64,000 bases of DNA, taken from NCBI GenBank assembly GCA_013416795.1, contig RQSC01000012.1, positions 75,042-139,041 on the forward strand, read 5' to 3'. Numbering within the stretch: position 1 is the stretch's first letter; each line of letters begins with the position of its first letter. Source of the stretch: Prasinococcaceae sp. CCMP 1430. Its lineage: Eukaryota > Plantae > Prasinodermophyta. Of the stretch, positions 21,454 through 31,900 are shown one piece after another. The translations under genes were made by a program, and so were the position numbers. Below the pieces are notes generated by a model, which was not told the DNA's origin, searched no databases, and saw nothing but the letters and a program-made list of their open reading frames with translations.

Positions 21454-22625
21454 TCACATGAGGCGGCCGGCGTAGGCGGCGGCGCCGGCGTACCGCCGCG
21501 CGAGCTCGGGCCACTGCACGAGCAGGCCGTCGAGCAGCCCCGCGGCGCGCGCGATGCGCGCGGTGAGGCTGAGCTCGCGCACGCGCGCCACGCTCTCCAC
21601 GTACACCACGCGCGTGCGCGCACGCACACGGCAACCGGATGTACACCAGTGCCTCTGGCGGTGCCCCTCGCGTCTCTGTTGCCTCCCGCGACATCCTGAG
21701 CGCCGCTACGAGCTCCCACAGCGCGGTGCTGGCCCATCACCTCGCCCGGCGGGCCCGGTGACGCACTGCTCACGTGCGCATCCCTCACGTCGGGCACAGT
21801 GTCGCCAAAGTAGCCGACCGACGGCAGCGGGGTCGAGTACGTGTCCACTGCAGGGTCGAGCCGCATGGCCTCCTCCACTCCCGCGAGGATGTCAGACGTG
21901 TCTGCTTCGTCGTCCGTGCCACCATGCGACACCAGGCCNGTGGTGGCGACCGTCGACGCCCACGACTGGCCGACCTCGCGCGCGCGCGGCAGCACGTAGA
22001 CGCCCTCCTCCGCGCGCCACAGCGCCGCCTGCTCGTCGCCCGCCGATGCCGCCGCCGCCTGGTCGTGCGCGCGCGCGACCGCGCGTGTGAGCGCTCTCGC
22101 CAAGCACGGGCGCACGCGCTCGTTCGCTCGCGGGTGTGTGTGGCGCTGCGTGTGTGACGCTGCGTGTGCGTGTGCGAGCGTGTGTGTTTCGCACGCTCGC
22201 GCTCCCGCTCGCGCGCACCTCGGCCGCCGCGGCCTTGCCCGCCGACATCGCGTCGGTGTCCGCGACGACGTATTCCCGCGGCGAGAAGCGCGCGCGCGGC
22301 AGCGCCTCGAGCAGCGCGAGCATCTCCGCGGTGTGCCCGCCGCTGCCGAGGACCACCAGCGTCCGCAGCGGGGCACCGCCCGCTCTGCGTGTGCGTGCAT
22401 GCACGTGCGCGGGTGCCCCACGTGAATGTCAGTGCGTGTGTTCGTGCGTGCGCGCGTGAGCGCGGACGCGATCGCGCGCGCACGCGCCCCGCACGGGCCG
22501 GCGAGCGCGACTCTGTGCGCTGACACACCCTCACACACACTCACACACGCGCGCGCGCACAGACACGCACCTCTCCTCCGCCCCGCCGGCGAGCGCCTCG
22601 GCGACCACCGCAGCGGCGCGGCCGC
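21454..22625 (-). CDS. ALG14: UDP-GlcNAc transferase subunit ALG14, interrupted (middle missing and replaced by foreign sequence after a single N at 21939; 5' end in gap)
   Basis: TLVVLGSGGHTAEML, YVVADTDAMS, PRAREVGQSW, and C-terminal VVYVESVARVRELSLT...VQWPEL...YAGRLM*. The NGPGTC segment is absent. Confidence 0.85.
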
Positions 22626-22783
22626 NNNNNNNNNNNNNNNNNNNNNNNNNNNNNNNNNNNNNNNNNNNNNNNNNNNNNNNNNNNNNNNNNNNNNNNNNNN
22701 NNNNNNNNNNNNNNNNNNNNNNNNNNNNNNNNNNNNNNNNNNNNNNNNNNNNNNNNNNNNNNNNNNNNNNNNNNNNNNNNNNN

Positions 22784-23688
22784 CTGCGCTCGCCGCTGCT
22801 GCGCGCGAGCGCGACGTCGTGCGCCACGCACGCGGCGGGCGACGCGCTCTGCCAGACGGTCGCGCCGCCCTCGGCGGGGCCCGGGGAAGCGCGAGCTGGT
22901 GCGAGCGGGGCAGAGGTGCGGCGCGTGCCAGCCCCTCACTCCCGCGCCAGCATGCTCGCGGCACCGTGCGCCAGAGCTGTGAGTGTGTGTGTGTGTGTAT
23001 GTATGCGAGCGCGGGCATGGCAACAGGCTGATATCAGCGCGGCGGACTCGGCCGACGTGGCCGACACGCGCCCGCGCACGCCTCCCGACGCGGCCGCCTG
23101 CGCAGGCCTTCGACGCGGGCCGCTGCGCGCGCTTCGCCGCCGTGGGAGCGACCCTGCACGGGCCGTTCTTCCACCACGCGTTCGGCGCGCTCGAGCGCCA
23201 CGTGCGGGGTGCGTCAGCGCGCGTCCTCGCGCCGCCCGCCCGCCACTGCGACAGCTCGCGCTCGCACACGCCCGCGCACTCACACACGCACGCGCACTCA
23301 CACGCGCACGCTCCCTCCCACACCACCGCACGCAGTGGGCGGCGCGCCGTGGCGCGCCGTCGTCGCCAAGACGGCCGTGGGACAGTTTACCGCCCTGCCC
23401 CTGTACCTCACACTCTTCTTCCCCTACATGTCCGTCCTCGAGGGGGTGTTCTCGGGGGAAGGCGCGGCCGAGCCGGCAGCGCTCGCTGCGGGTGCAGCCG
23501 CGCGGCTCGCCGACAACTTCGTGCCGACGATGGTGGCCGGTACGGCGTTCTGGCCGGCGGCCAACCTCGTCAACTTCTCGGTCGTGCCGGCCAACATGCG
23601 CGTGGCGTACGTCGGCAGCGTGGGCGTCGTCTGGAACGTGTACCTGTCGTGGCGCAACGCCCGCGAGGCCGGCGGGGGGAGGGGCTGA
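22784..23688 (+). CDS. Mpv17/PMP22 family membrane protein (5' end in gap)
   Basis: SPLL..SATS....AGDALCQ; FDAGRCARF...G..LHGP; K...Q; FWPAANLVNFSVVP..RV.YV..V..VWNVYLSW. Confidence 0.9.
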
Positions 23689-23765
23689 GCGGCACGCGCG
23701 CGAACGCACGCCACACGTGCCCAATCCGGACGCGCACGCGCACGAACACGCGCGTGCGTAGGAAG

Positions 23766-23823
<58 letters not shown>

Positions 23824-23824
23824 N

Positions 23825-23881
<57 letters not shown>

Positions 23882-24050
23882 CACCTGCACACACACATGC
23901 GCGCGCGCGCATGTCGACCGCGCGCCCGAGCCTGTCGGATGGGATTTGGTATGTTATTGCCCCCCACGCCGCACGAGTCTGTAGCGGCGAGGACGCGCGC
24001 GATCGCGCGCACGTGTGTGTGTGTGTGCACGCGCGCGCGCGCTCACGCGC

Positions 24051-25901
24051 TTACGCCTCGAGCACGGCGTTCTCCATGAACTCGTACTCGAAGACGAAGC
24101 CCGGCTTGACGCGCTGCACCCAGCCCTCGTGGCCGTCCGCGCCACCCACGTCGAAGTACGCGTACGTGCCCTGCTCGTATTCGTCCGTGGTCACCTGGGG
24201 CTCGTCGTGCCGCTGGAACCACGTGGAGAACTTGGTGTGGAACCTCCAGCCGAGCCGCTTGAGCGCGCGCGCGGCCATCTGCTGCTGGCGCGTGCCCGGG
24301 TGGAAGTAAAAGACGAAGAAGAGCGCGTCGGCGTCCAAGCGGTCGTACAGCGCGAGGTTGTCCACGGCGGGCGCGGCGGCGGGGGGGTAGCTCGGCGGCA
24401 CGGCCGCGGGCGCGCGCGGCACGAAAGCGCGCGGGCGCTCCGAGTCGGCCGCCTGGGGAAGCGAGCGCAGCGCCGAGCCGAGCAGTTCATCGACACGCGC
24501 GCCGCGCTCGGTGCCCGGCGCCGCGCCCGCGGGCGGGAGCGCCGCTGCCATTCCGCCCANNNNNNNNNNNNNNNNNNNNNNNNNNNNNNNNNNNNNNNNN
24601 NNNNNNNNNNNNNNNNNNNNNNNNNNNNNNNNNNNNNNNNNNNNNNNNNNNNNNNNNNNNNNNNNNNNNNNNNNNNNNNNNNNNNNNNNNNNNNNNNNNN
24701 NNNNNNNNNNNNNNNNNNNNNNNNNNNNNNNNNNNNNNNNNNNNNNNNNNNNNNNNNNNNNNNNNNNNNNNNNNNNNNNNNNNNNNNNNNNNNNNNNNNN
24801 NNNNNNNNNNNNNNNNNNNNNNNNNNNNNNNNNNNNNNNNNNNNNNNNNNNNNNNNNNNNNNNNNNNNNNNNNNNNNNNNNNNNNNNNNNGCCGCCCGGG
24901 CCGCCCATGGGCCCCGGCCCGGGCGCGCCGGCCATGCCCGGTCCGGGCCCGCCCGCCCCCGGGCCTCCGAGCGGTGCTCCGGGCATTCCCGGTCGCCGCT
25001 GGGCCTGCTGCTGCGGCCCGCCGAGCCTGGAAACGACGGGCGCCGCCGACTGCGGACCGGACGTCGCGGGCGTCGACTTGGGCTTCGAAGAGGCCGGAGC
25101 GCTCTTGACGAGCATGGTGAGCTCGTCCATGGGGTCCAGCGGCGACAGGTCTTTCTTCTTGTCCTTCTTGCTCTTCTTCTCCTTCTTCTTCTCCTTGGTG
25201 GATTCCTCCTTGGTTTCTTTCTCCTTGTTCGCCTCCTTGCTCGCCTTGACCTTCTCGTCCAGGCGCATCTCGCCGGCCGCCTGAGCCTCGATGACCTCGT
25301 TGAGATCGAAGGGCAGCGCCATGTAGATGTCGTCGGGGTTGGCAAACTCGTCAAAGTCGAGCTGATTGCGCTCCACGTAGTCCTCGACCATCTCCTTGAT
25401 GTCGTTGACGTCCTCGGGCACCACGCTCTCGTTGTCAATCAGCCGAATGAGCTGCTCGAGGAGGCGCGTGTGCTGGTTGTGGCGCTCGATGCTCTCCTCG
25501 AATTGCTCGACCAGCAGCGGCTTCGTGGGCTTGCCGCGCTTGACGGGGATGGCCTCGATCTCCGCCTCGAACTCCTCGATCTGCTGCGAGAGCGTCTCCA
25601 CGGCGCCGTTGATCCAGTCGCGCACCTCTTGCTTGGCGAGCTCCTTCGGATCCTGCCGCGCCGCGTTGGCGAGGCCCTCCTTCGAAAAGGCCTTGGTCTT
25701 GGTCTCCTTCTCGCAGACCTTGAAGCGCTCCATGCGGCTCTCGATGAGCTTTCGGTAGTCCACGAGCTGCGTCTTGTCCTTGATGTCGCTGTTGGCGATC
25801 CATGTCTTGATCTGGTCGCGGTAGCGCTGCAGCTTCTTGATCTCCTTCTTCAGGTCGGCCTCATACTTCTCCTTCTGCGCCGTCGTCTCCGAGTCGTACA
25901 C
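24051..25901 (-). CDS. NOT3: CCR4-NOT subunit NOT3/NOT5 (first exon not found; spans N gap 24560-24890)
   Basis: QKEKYEADLKKEIKKLQRYRDQIKTW, MERFKVCEKETKTKAFSKEGL; C-terminal NOT box LFFVFYF.PGT.QQ.MAARALK..GWRFHTKFSTWFQRH. Confidence 0.95.
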   Translation of the reverse strand: MYDSETTAQKEKYEADLKKEIKKLQRYRDQIKTWIANSDIKDKTQLVDYRKLIESRMERFKVCEKETKTKAFSKEGLANAARQDPKELAKQEVRDWINGAVETLSQQIEEFEAEIEAIPVKRGKPTKPLLVEQFEESIERHNQHTRLLEQLIRLIDNESVVPEDVNDIKEMVEDYVERNQLDFDEFANPDDIYMALPFDLNEVIEAQAAGEMRLDEKVKASKEANKEKETKEESTKEKKKEKKSKKDKKKDLSPLDPMDELTMLVKSAPASSKPKSTPATSGPQSAAPVVSRLGGPQQQAQRRPGMPGAPLGGPGAGGPGPGMAGAPGPGPMGGPGGXXXXXXXXXXXXXXXXXXXXXXXXXXXXXXXXXXXXXXXXXXXXXXXXXXXXXXXXXXXXXXXXXXXXXXXXXXXXXXXXXXXXXXXXXXXXXXXXXXXXXXXXXXXXXXXGGMAAALPPAGAAPGTERGARVDELLGSALRSLPQAADSERPRAFVPRAPAAVPPSYPPAAAPAVDNLALYDRLDADALFFVFYFHPGTRQQQMAARALKRLGWRFHTKFSTWFQRHDEPQVTTDEYEQGTYAYFDVGGADGHEGWVQRVKPGFVFEYEFMENAVLEA

Positions 25902-26132
25902 CTGCGGAGGGGGGGGGGGGGGCAAGAGCGAGCCGCCCGCAGGCGAAAGCCGGAGCGAACGCGCGAGACCAGCGTGCGTCAGCGCTGCGCGTCGAGTGCA
26001 CGCCTTCCGGGGCGCGGCGTCCGTCGCAGCGAGCCGAGGTCGGCCATGTCGTGCACACCACCCGCCCTCTTTGAGCGCGCCACGCGCGCCGAGCGCGCGC
26101 ACCTCCGCCAACATGCTCGGTTCGATACTCCT

Positions 26133-26934
26133 CGCCCCGTTAGCGCCGCGCCGCCGCCGTCGACGGCCTCGACGCGCAGCGAGACCCCCGCGCGCGCGGC
26201 GAGGTGCGCGAAGCGGCCCGCGACGTCGCGCAGCATCGCCTTGAGCGACGCGGCGCGCGGCGTGAAGGCGCTGGGGGCGTGGTCGACCCCCGTGAGGTCG
26301 GTGATGTCGCCGGAGAGCGCCTGCAGCGCGTTGGCGCTGCTGCGTATGACGCGCACCATCTCGGCCTGCTCGGCGTCGAGGCGCGCGTCGGAGGCGAGCA
26401 CCTCGGCGGCGCTCACCACCCCCATGAGCGGCGTGCGCAGGTCGTGCGACATGCGCGCGAGGAAGAGCGCCTTGGTGCGCGTGGCGTGCTCCGCCGTCGC
26501 GAGCAGCGCCTCGGACCTCCTCCGCTGCTCGCGCTCGTCGGTGACGTCGTGGCACGTGCCGAAGACGTACTCGCGCCCCTCGGCCGCGCAGTACGTGTAC
26601 GTCGTGTCGAAGATGCGCACGCCGTCGCCCGGCGTCGGCAGCGCGTGCTCGCACGGCACGTCCGCCCGCGACTCGCAGCACCGCACCACGAAGTCGTCCA
26701 TCAGCGGCGCCGCCTCCGCGCCGAACAGCTCCGTGTTCGTCCGCCCCACCACGTCCGCGCGCACGCGCCCCAGCGCGCGGCACGCGCTCGCGTTCGCCTC
26801 CACGTACCGGAACGCGCCGTCCGACGGGTCCCGCACGTACACCACGAACACCGCCGGGGTGCACGCCAGCAGGTGGCGCAGCAGCGAGGGCAGCGGCGCG
26901 GGGGGCACCGCAGACGCCGTCGACGCCGGACCTG

Positions 26935-26971
<37 letters not shown>

Positions 26972-27284
26972 AGTGCGTGTGCGTGCGTGTGTGTGTGTGT
27001 GTGTGCGTGTGTGCGTGTGTGCGTGTTTGTGTGCGTGTTTGTGTGCGTGTGTGTGTGCGTGTGCGTGTGCGTGTGCGCGTGTGCGTGTGTGTGTGCGTGT
27101 GCGTGTGCGTGTGCGCGCGCGTGCGCGTGTGCGTGTGTGTGTGCGTGTGCGTGTGCGCGTGCGTGTGCGCATGGCCTTTGCGTCAGCTGCGCACGCGCGC
27201 GCGCGCCCCCGCGACAGCCACGCGCCCCCCTCGCTGCGGCTGCGCACCTGCGAGGCTCGCGTCGGCGTTCGCGCCGCCCATCAT
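26133..27284 (-). CDS. PAS-HisKA sensor histidine kinase, truncated before the HATPase_c domain; exons 27284-27248, 26931-~26133
   Basis: PAS (FRYVEAN...VVGRT..ELF...HDVTDE) and H-box FLARMSHDLRTPLMG. Similarity stops at LTG, where GD..RL.Q.L.NL would be expected. Confidence 0.8.
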
Positions 27285-28340
27285 CGCCGCGACGAGCGAG
27301 AGGGTGGGGTGGGGTGGGTGGGGGGCGCGCCGCGCGCGCGCGCGGGCGCGCAGTGGCGCTTTGGGGGGTGGGGTGGGCGCACACGCGCGCACGCGCACGC
27401 TAGCACGCACGCGTGCGCACACACACGCACACACACGCAGGCACACACACACACACACACACACACAAACACGCACGCACACACGCACACACACACACAC
27501 ACACAAACACGCACACACACACGCACACGCGCACACACACACACGCACACACACACACACGCGCACGCACGCACACGCACGCCCGCGCGCGCGTCAGATA
27601 TGCTCGGCGCGGGGGCGCGCGCGCCACGCGCGCGCCAGCGGATTTGCTCCCCACGAACCGCGGAATGCGCCCCTCCAAATTCACACCAACCGCATGTTCG
27701 CGCGCCCGGAGGGTTCGAATCCTGGAAATGCCGCGCGAGACGCGGCGCCAACCGCCTTCGAAAGTGGCTTCCGCGAACCCAGACTGCGGCCTCAGAAATC
27801 CGCCAGTCGCCGGATTTTTTTTTTCCGGCGGCGGGCGGCCGCAGCTCCGCGCGCGGCGTACTTCGCGTATTACAATTCGAACGCCCCCCGCTCCGCATGG
27901 ACACATCACTTACCATCTCGTATTCGCGTCGAATACTCATTCCGCGCGGATATTCCGTGCAAAAGCCTCGCGCAGCCCTAAAACATACCGCGGATTGACA
28001 TTTGAGCACGCATTCATTACGTAATATCACAAAAAATCCGATTCGCATGAAACGCACATTTTCCAACCGCTTCAGCGCTTTTACCCTTTTTTCCCCTAGC
28101 GAAAAGCGCGCGACGAAAGCGCGCGACGAAAAAATAAATAGAAAAGCGCCGGGATGTGGGTGGGGGGTCGGTCGGCAATGGGATTCGGGCGCGAGGGCGG
28201 GCGGGTGCGATTTGATGTGCGTGTTTTCGAAGGCTCCTCGCGGTGCGCCTTTCCGATAGGGGCTAGGAAAGGTCGCTCTGCTGCGGGCAAGCGGGGTACT
28301 TCCACACCCCCTACGCACGTGCACCACAAGCACCCAGTGA

Positions 28341-28625
28341 TCGCTGAAGCAAAACGGCCACGCAATCACGTCGCACTCGCCGAAGGACGTCTTTGAAGAA
28401 CCAGACGAGCCGAAGAGCAATGAGAAGCTATTCAACTTCATCGGTCACCTCATCTATTCCTCCTTGAATGGGCGCGGCTGGATGGACGACCCCCTCTACG
28501 TCACGTACGATGCCACCTTCCCTCACGAGGTCGAGCCGGGGCAGCGCATCCTTGGCGGCCGCCCAAGCTACTCTGTACCCAGCGTCCAATATGCCGTGCT
28601 CAAGCCCCTGCGCTTGAAGGCATGA
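28341..28625 (+). pseudogene. Orphan 95-codon open frame (3' gene fragment lacking a clear 5' start)
   Basis: SLKQNGHAITSHSPKDVFEEP...FNFIGHLIYSSLNGRGWMDDPLYVTYDATFPH...LRLKA*; protein-like composition and codon use. Confidence 0.4.
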
Positions 28626-28977
28626 GGTCGTCGAGCGGCCCGCGCGGTCCGTATTTAGGGTATGCTCACACAAAGAGGGTTTGTAAAGAATTTTTTTTGT
28701 ACGCGGCCGCGCTACGAGCGCGGCGCGGCGAGCGAGGAGGGGGCGGCGGGCGTGAACATGGCCTTCGACGAGGTGATGGTGCGCGCAACGGACTGCNCTG
28801 CGCCCTCGCCGGCGCGCCGCGCCCTCTCGCGCGCCTCGTCCGCGTAGGTTCCCAACCCGTCGCCGCCGGCCGCCGCGGCGGCGATAAGAAGGGAGAGCGA
28901 GAGCGGCCCGATTGCAATTCGAGCACCGTCGATTGCGGCATCTACATGCGGGGTGAGTATGGTGGTTTGCGGGATGT

Positions 28978-31900
28978 GTGGGTTTCGCGGGCGCCTTCGC
29001 CGCGCTCGGCGCGTTGGGCGTCGCCGCGCACGCCTGCGTGGACGCCAGCGTCGTGCTCTACGTGTACGATGCGCGAGGCGTGATCGACGACCACGACGAC
29101 CACCACGAGCCTGCCAGTGTGGAATTGGAAGGCCACAAGATCCAGGAAGAGCGTGCGCAAGACTCAGACGCGACGTCGGCGGAGGCCGCAGATACCTCCT
29201 CGAGAGTGCCGGATGACACGCCCGCCGCCGCTGGCGGCAGGGCGGCCGCCGGCGCGGCCGCCAACGGCGAGGCGCTCTTCATCTCGCGCTCGCTGTGGTT
29301 CTCGCGCACTCGCTTGGGGCGGTTAGGCGCGGTGCTGCAGGCGTCCTCGGCTGCGTTGCTGGTCTTGGCGGCGCTGCTGGCGCGTCCCCCCTCCACCGCG
29401 GCGGTCGTCGGGCTGCCCGACGCCTTCGTGCGCTCGCTCGCCGCGGCGAGCGGCGCTGGCACGGCGCTGGCGGCGTGCGTCGCGCACGGCGCGCTGGGTC
29501 GCGGCGTGCTCGGCGCGCGCGGCTACCGTTTGTGGGCGCCCTTCGAGGGGGGATGCGCCTTCGTGTGCCTGCAGGCGGTCGGCTGGGCGCTCCTCACCGT
29601 GCACCACATCGCTCTCATCTGCGTGCTGCCACTGGGGGGGTTCGGCGGCGGGGACAGGGGCACGGTGCTACTCGCGGCGGTTGGCGTGGGCAGCGCCGCG
29701 GTGCTCGCGCTCATGGCGAGCGTGGGTCACTTCGACGGCAGGGAGACGCGCCACGCGAGGGCGCTGGCGCGGCGCGCGCGCGCGCTTCGTCAAGGCCCTC
29801 CGCGAGCGCGGGCGCGCCCCATTCTCAGCACGACGTCGGCGACCTCTTCGGCCGACGCCTCGACGTCGTCGACTCCGCGTTCGGCACCCCTGCCTCCTGC
29901 GTCCCTCTCCACCGCGTTCGCGCAAGCGCCGACGCGCGGGTGGTGCGGTGAGAGCGCCGTCGCGAGCTGCCTGCTCGTCGCGTCGAGCGCAATGGCGTCA
30001 CTCCTGCTGCTGTGCCGGCAGCGCCAGGACGAGGGAGGCGGGGCAGCGCAGGGAGCTGTAGCCAGCAGCGTCAAGGTGGCGCTTCATCGGGCGCATGGCA
30101 TTGTCGGCATCGGCGACTCGGGCTGCGCCGGCGGTGCAGACGTCGGCGCCGGCGCGCGCGCGGCGCTGCGGTTGGTGCCGATGCTGGCCCTGCCGATGTC
30201 CTACGAGTGGGCGCTGCGCATCGCGTGCGCTGCAATCCACCTCGCCGGACCCATCGCGCATTTCGGCGGCACGCGGCTGCACCCGCCAGGCGTGTACAGA
30301 TTCTACCAGCCCTTCAAGGGCGGATCCGCGTTCGTGATCGCGCAGACGCTCGGCTGGTGCATGTACGGAGTGTCAGCGCTGGCGTCGCTCGTCACGCTGT
30401 CGAAGTCGTCCTCTCACGCGGGCGGCGAGGTGGCACTCGACGGCCAAGAGGTGGCAGCGCTCTTCCCGCTGGCGTTCCTCGCACAGGCGACACTGCTCGC
30501 GTCGGTGCCGTACTTTGACCCGGGCGCGACGGGTGCGGATGGGGTCTTTCGCAAGAGCACCTCCACTGAACAGGACGAGGACGACGTGAGGAACGCCAAT
30601 GCTCTCGAGCACGCCCCCTCGCGCGTCCAAGACGTGGACGCACGGTGGCGATCGTCGACGGAGATGCCGCGCGCTCGCGCTCAGCGAGCGCCGCGTGCAG
30701 CACATGCGCCCACCCACGCTCGTACCCGCGCACCAAGGCACCTTCTCGCGCGCGCGCGCAACGACCTCGGAGTAGGAGCTCAGCCCGCTGCCAGTGGGAC
30801 CCTCCTGTCGCGCTGGACGGCCGACTCTATGTTCGCGCTGGTGCTGTCGTGCCTGGCGGCGGTCACCGTCGGGGGGGCGTCCGCGGCGCGCCTGCTCCCT
30901 GAGCGTTTGCGGGCCCCTCTCTCGGCGGTTGCGCCGGACGCCAACTTGGAAGCAGCGCGTGCGCCGCTGGTCGCTGCGGCCATGGCGGCGTACGCCCTTG
31001 CGCTCGGCGTGGGCGTCGCCCTCGGCGGGACGCCCGAACAGCGCAGCATATGCTGGATGTCTAAGCGGCGCGTGCTGCAGCAGTGCTTCGGCTTCAGCCT
31101 CGCGGTGCTCGCAATGATCGGGCAGCTCGTGCTGTTGCACAACGACGGCATGGCGGGCATCGCGGGGTCAGCCGCCGTTCACACCAACGAAGCGTTCCCA
31201 GTCGGCAGCAGCGCAATGGTGGCTGCTCAATCGCGCTCAGCAGCCGCGTGCCTCGGACTCGCCTTCGTACAGCTCCTTGCGAACTGGTTCGTCATTGCAA
31301 GCATTGCGACGGCAGACAGCGACGTGCTCGAGCGCGCTGCCGCCAAGGAGGCGCGCGAGGCGCAGGCGAGGGCGCAGCGGTTGCTGCGCCTGTGCTCTGC
31401 GGTAGCACGCGAGAACGCCACGGCTGCGCTGGAAGAGCCTGTTGAACAGGGAGAGCGCGTAGCTCGCGGCGGCGCGCGCATCGAGGCCACCGCGTCCGTG
31501 GCGCGAGCTCTGCGTCAGGCCGCCGCGGTTCGCAGCATGCGTGAGCGCCCGCAGCTTGTGAGCCTGCTTGAGGCGCTCGCCTCCGACGTCACCCAAAGCA
31601 GCGACGCTGCCACCAATAGCACAACGATTGCCCCCGCCAGGTCGACTTCCTTGCAGCAAGCTGGGGCGATGGGTCTCTCTGCTGCTGCCGCTGCTGCTAC
31701 ACCCGGTGATCCCAGCCAACATCAAAGGCACAATCGTGCACAGCTCCGGAGGGGCACAAGCCTCGCAGTAGCGACTGGCGCCGTCCTGCTCGCGCTGCTT
31801 GCGGACGCGGTCCAGTGGGACCCTCGCGCGCACACCACTGTGGCAAGCCGCGTCGGACCCGCCGTGCTAAGCAGCACGGGGGCCGCGCGCGTGCTACTGC

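Noticed and set aside
24051-26864. 937-aa ORF suggesting a NOT3 fusion with a novel N-terminus
   Set aside because: The upstream part is an off-frame read of the kinase plus an intron with clear branch and acceptor signals; it is stop-free only because of high GC.
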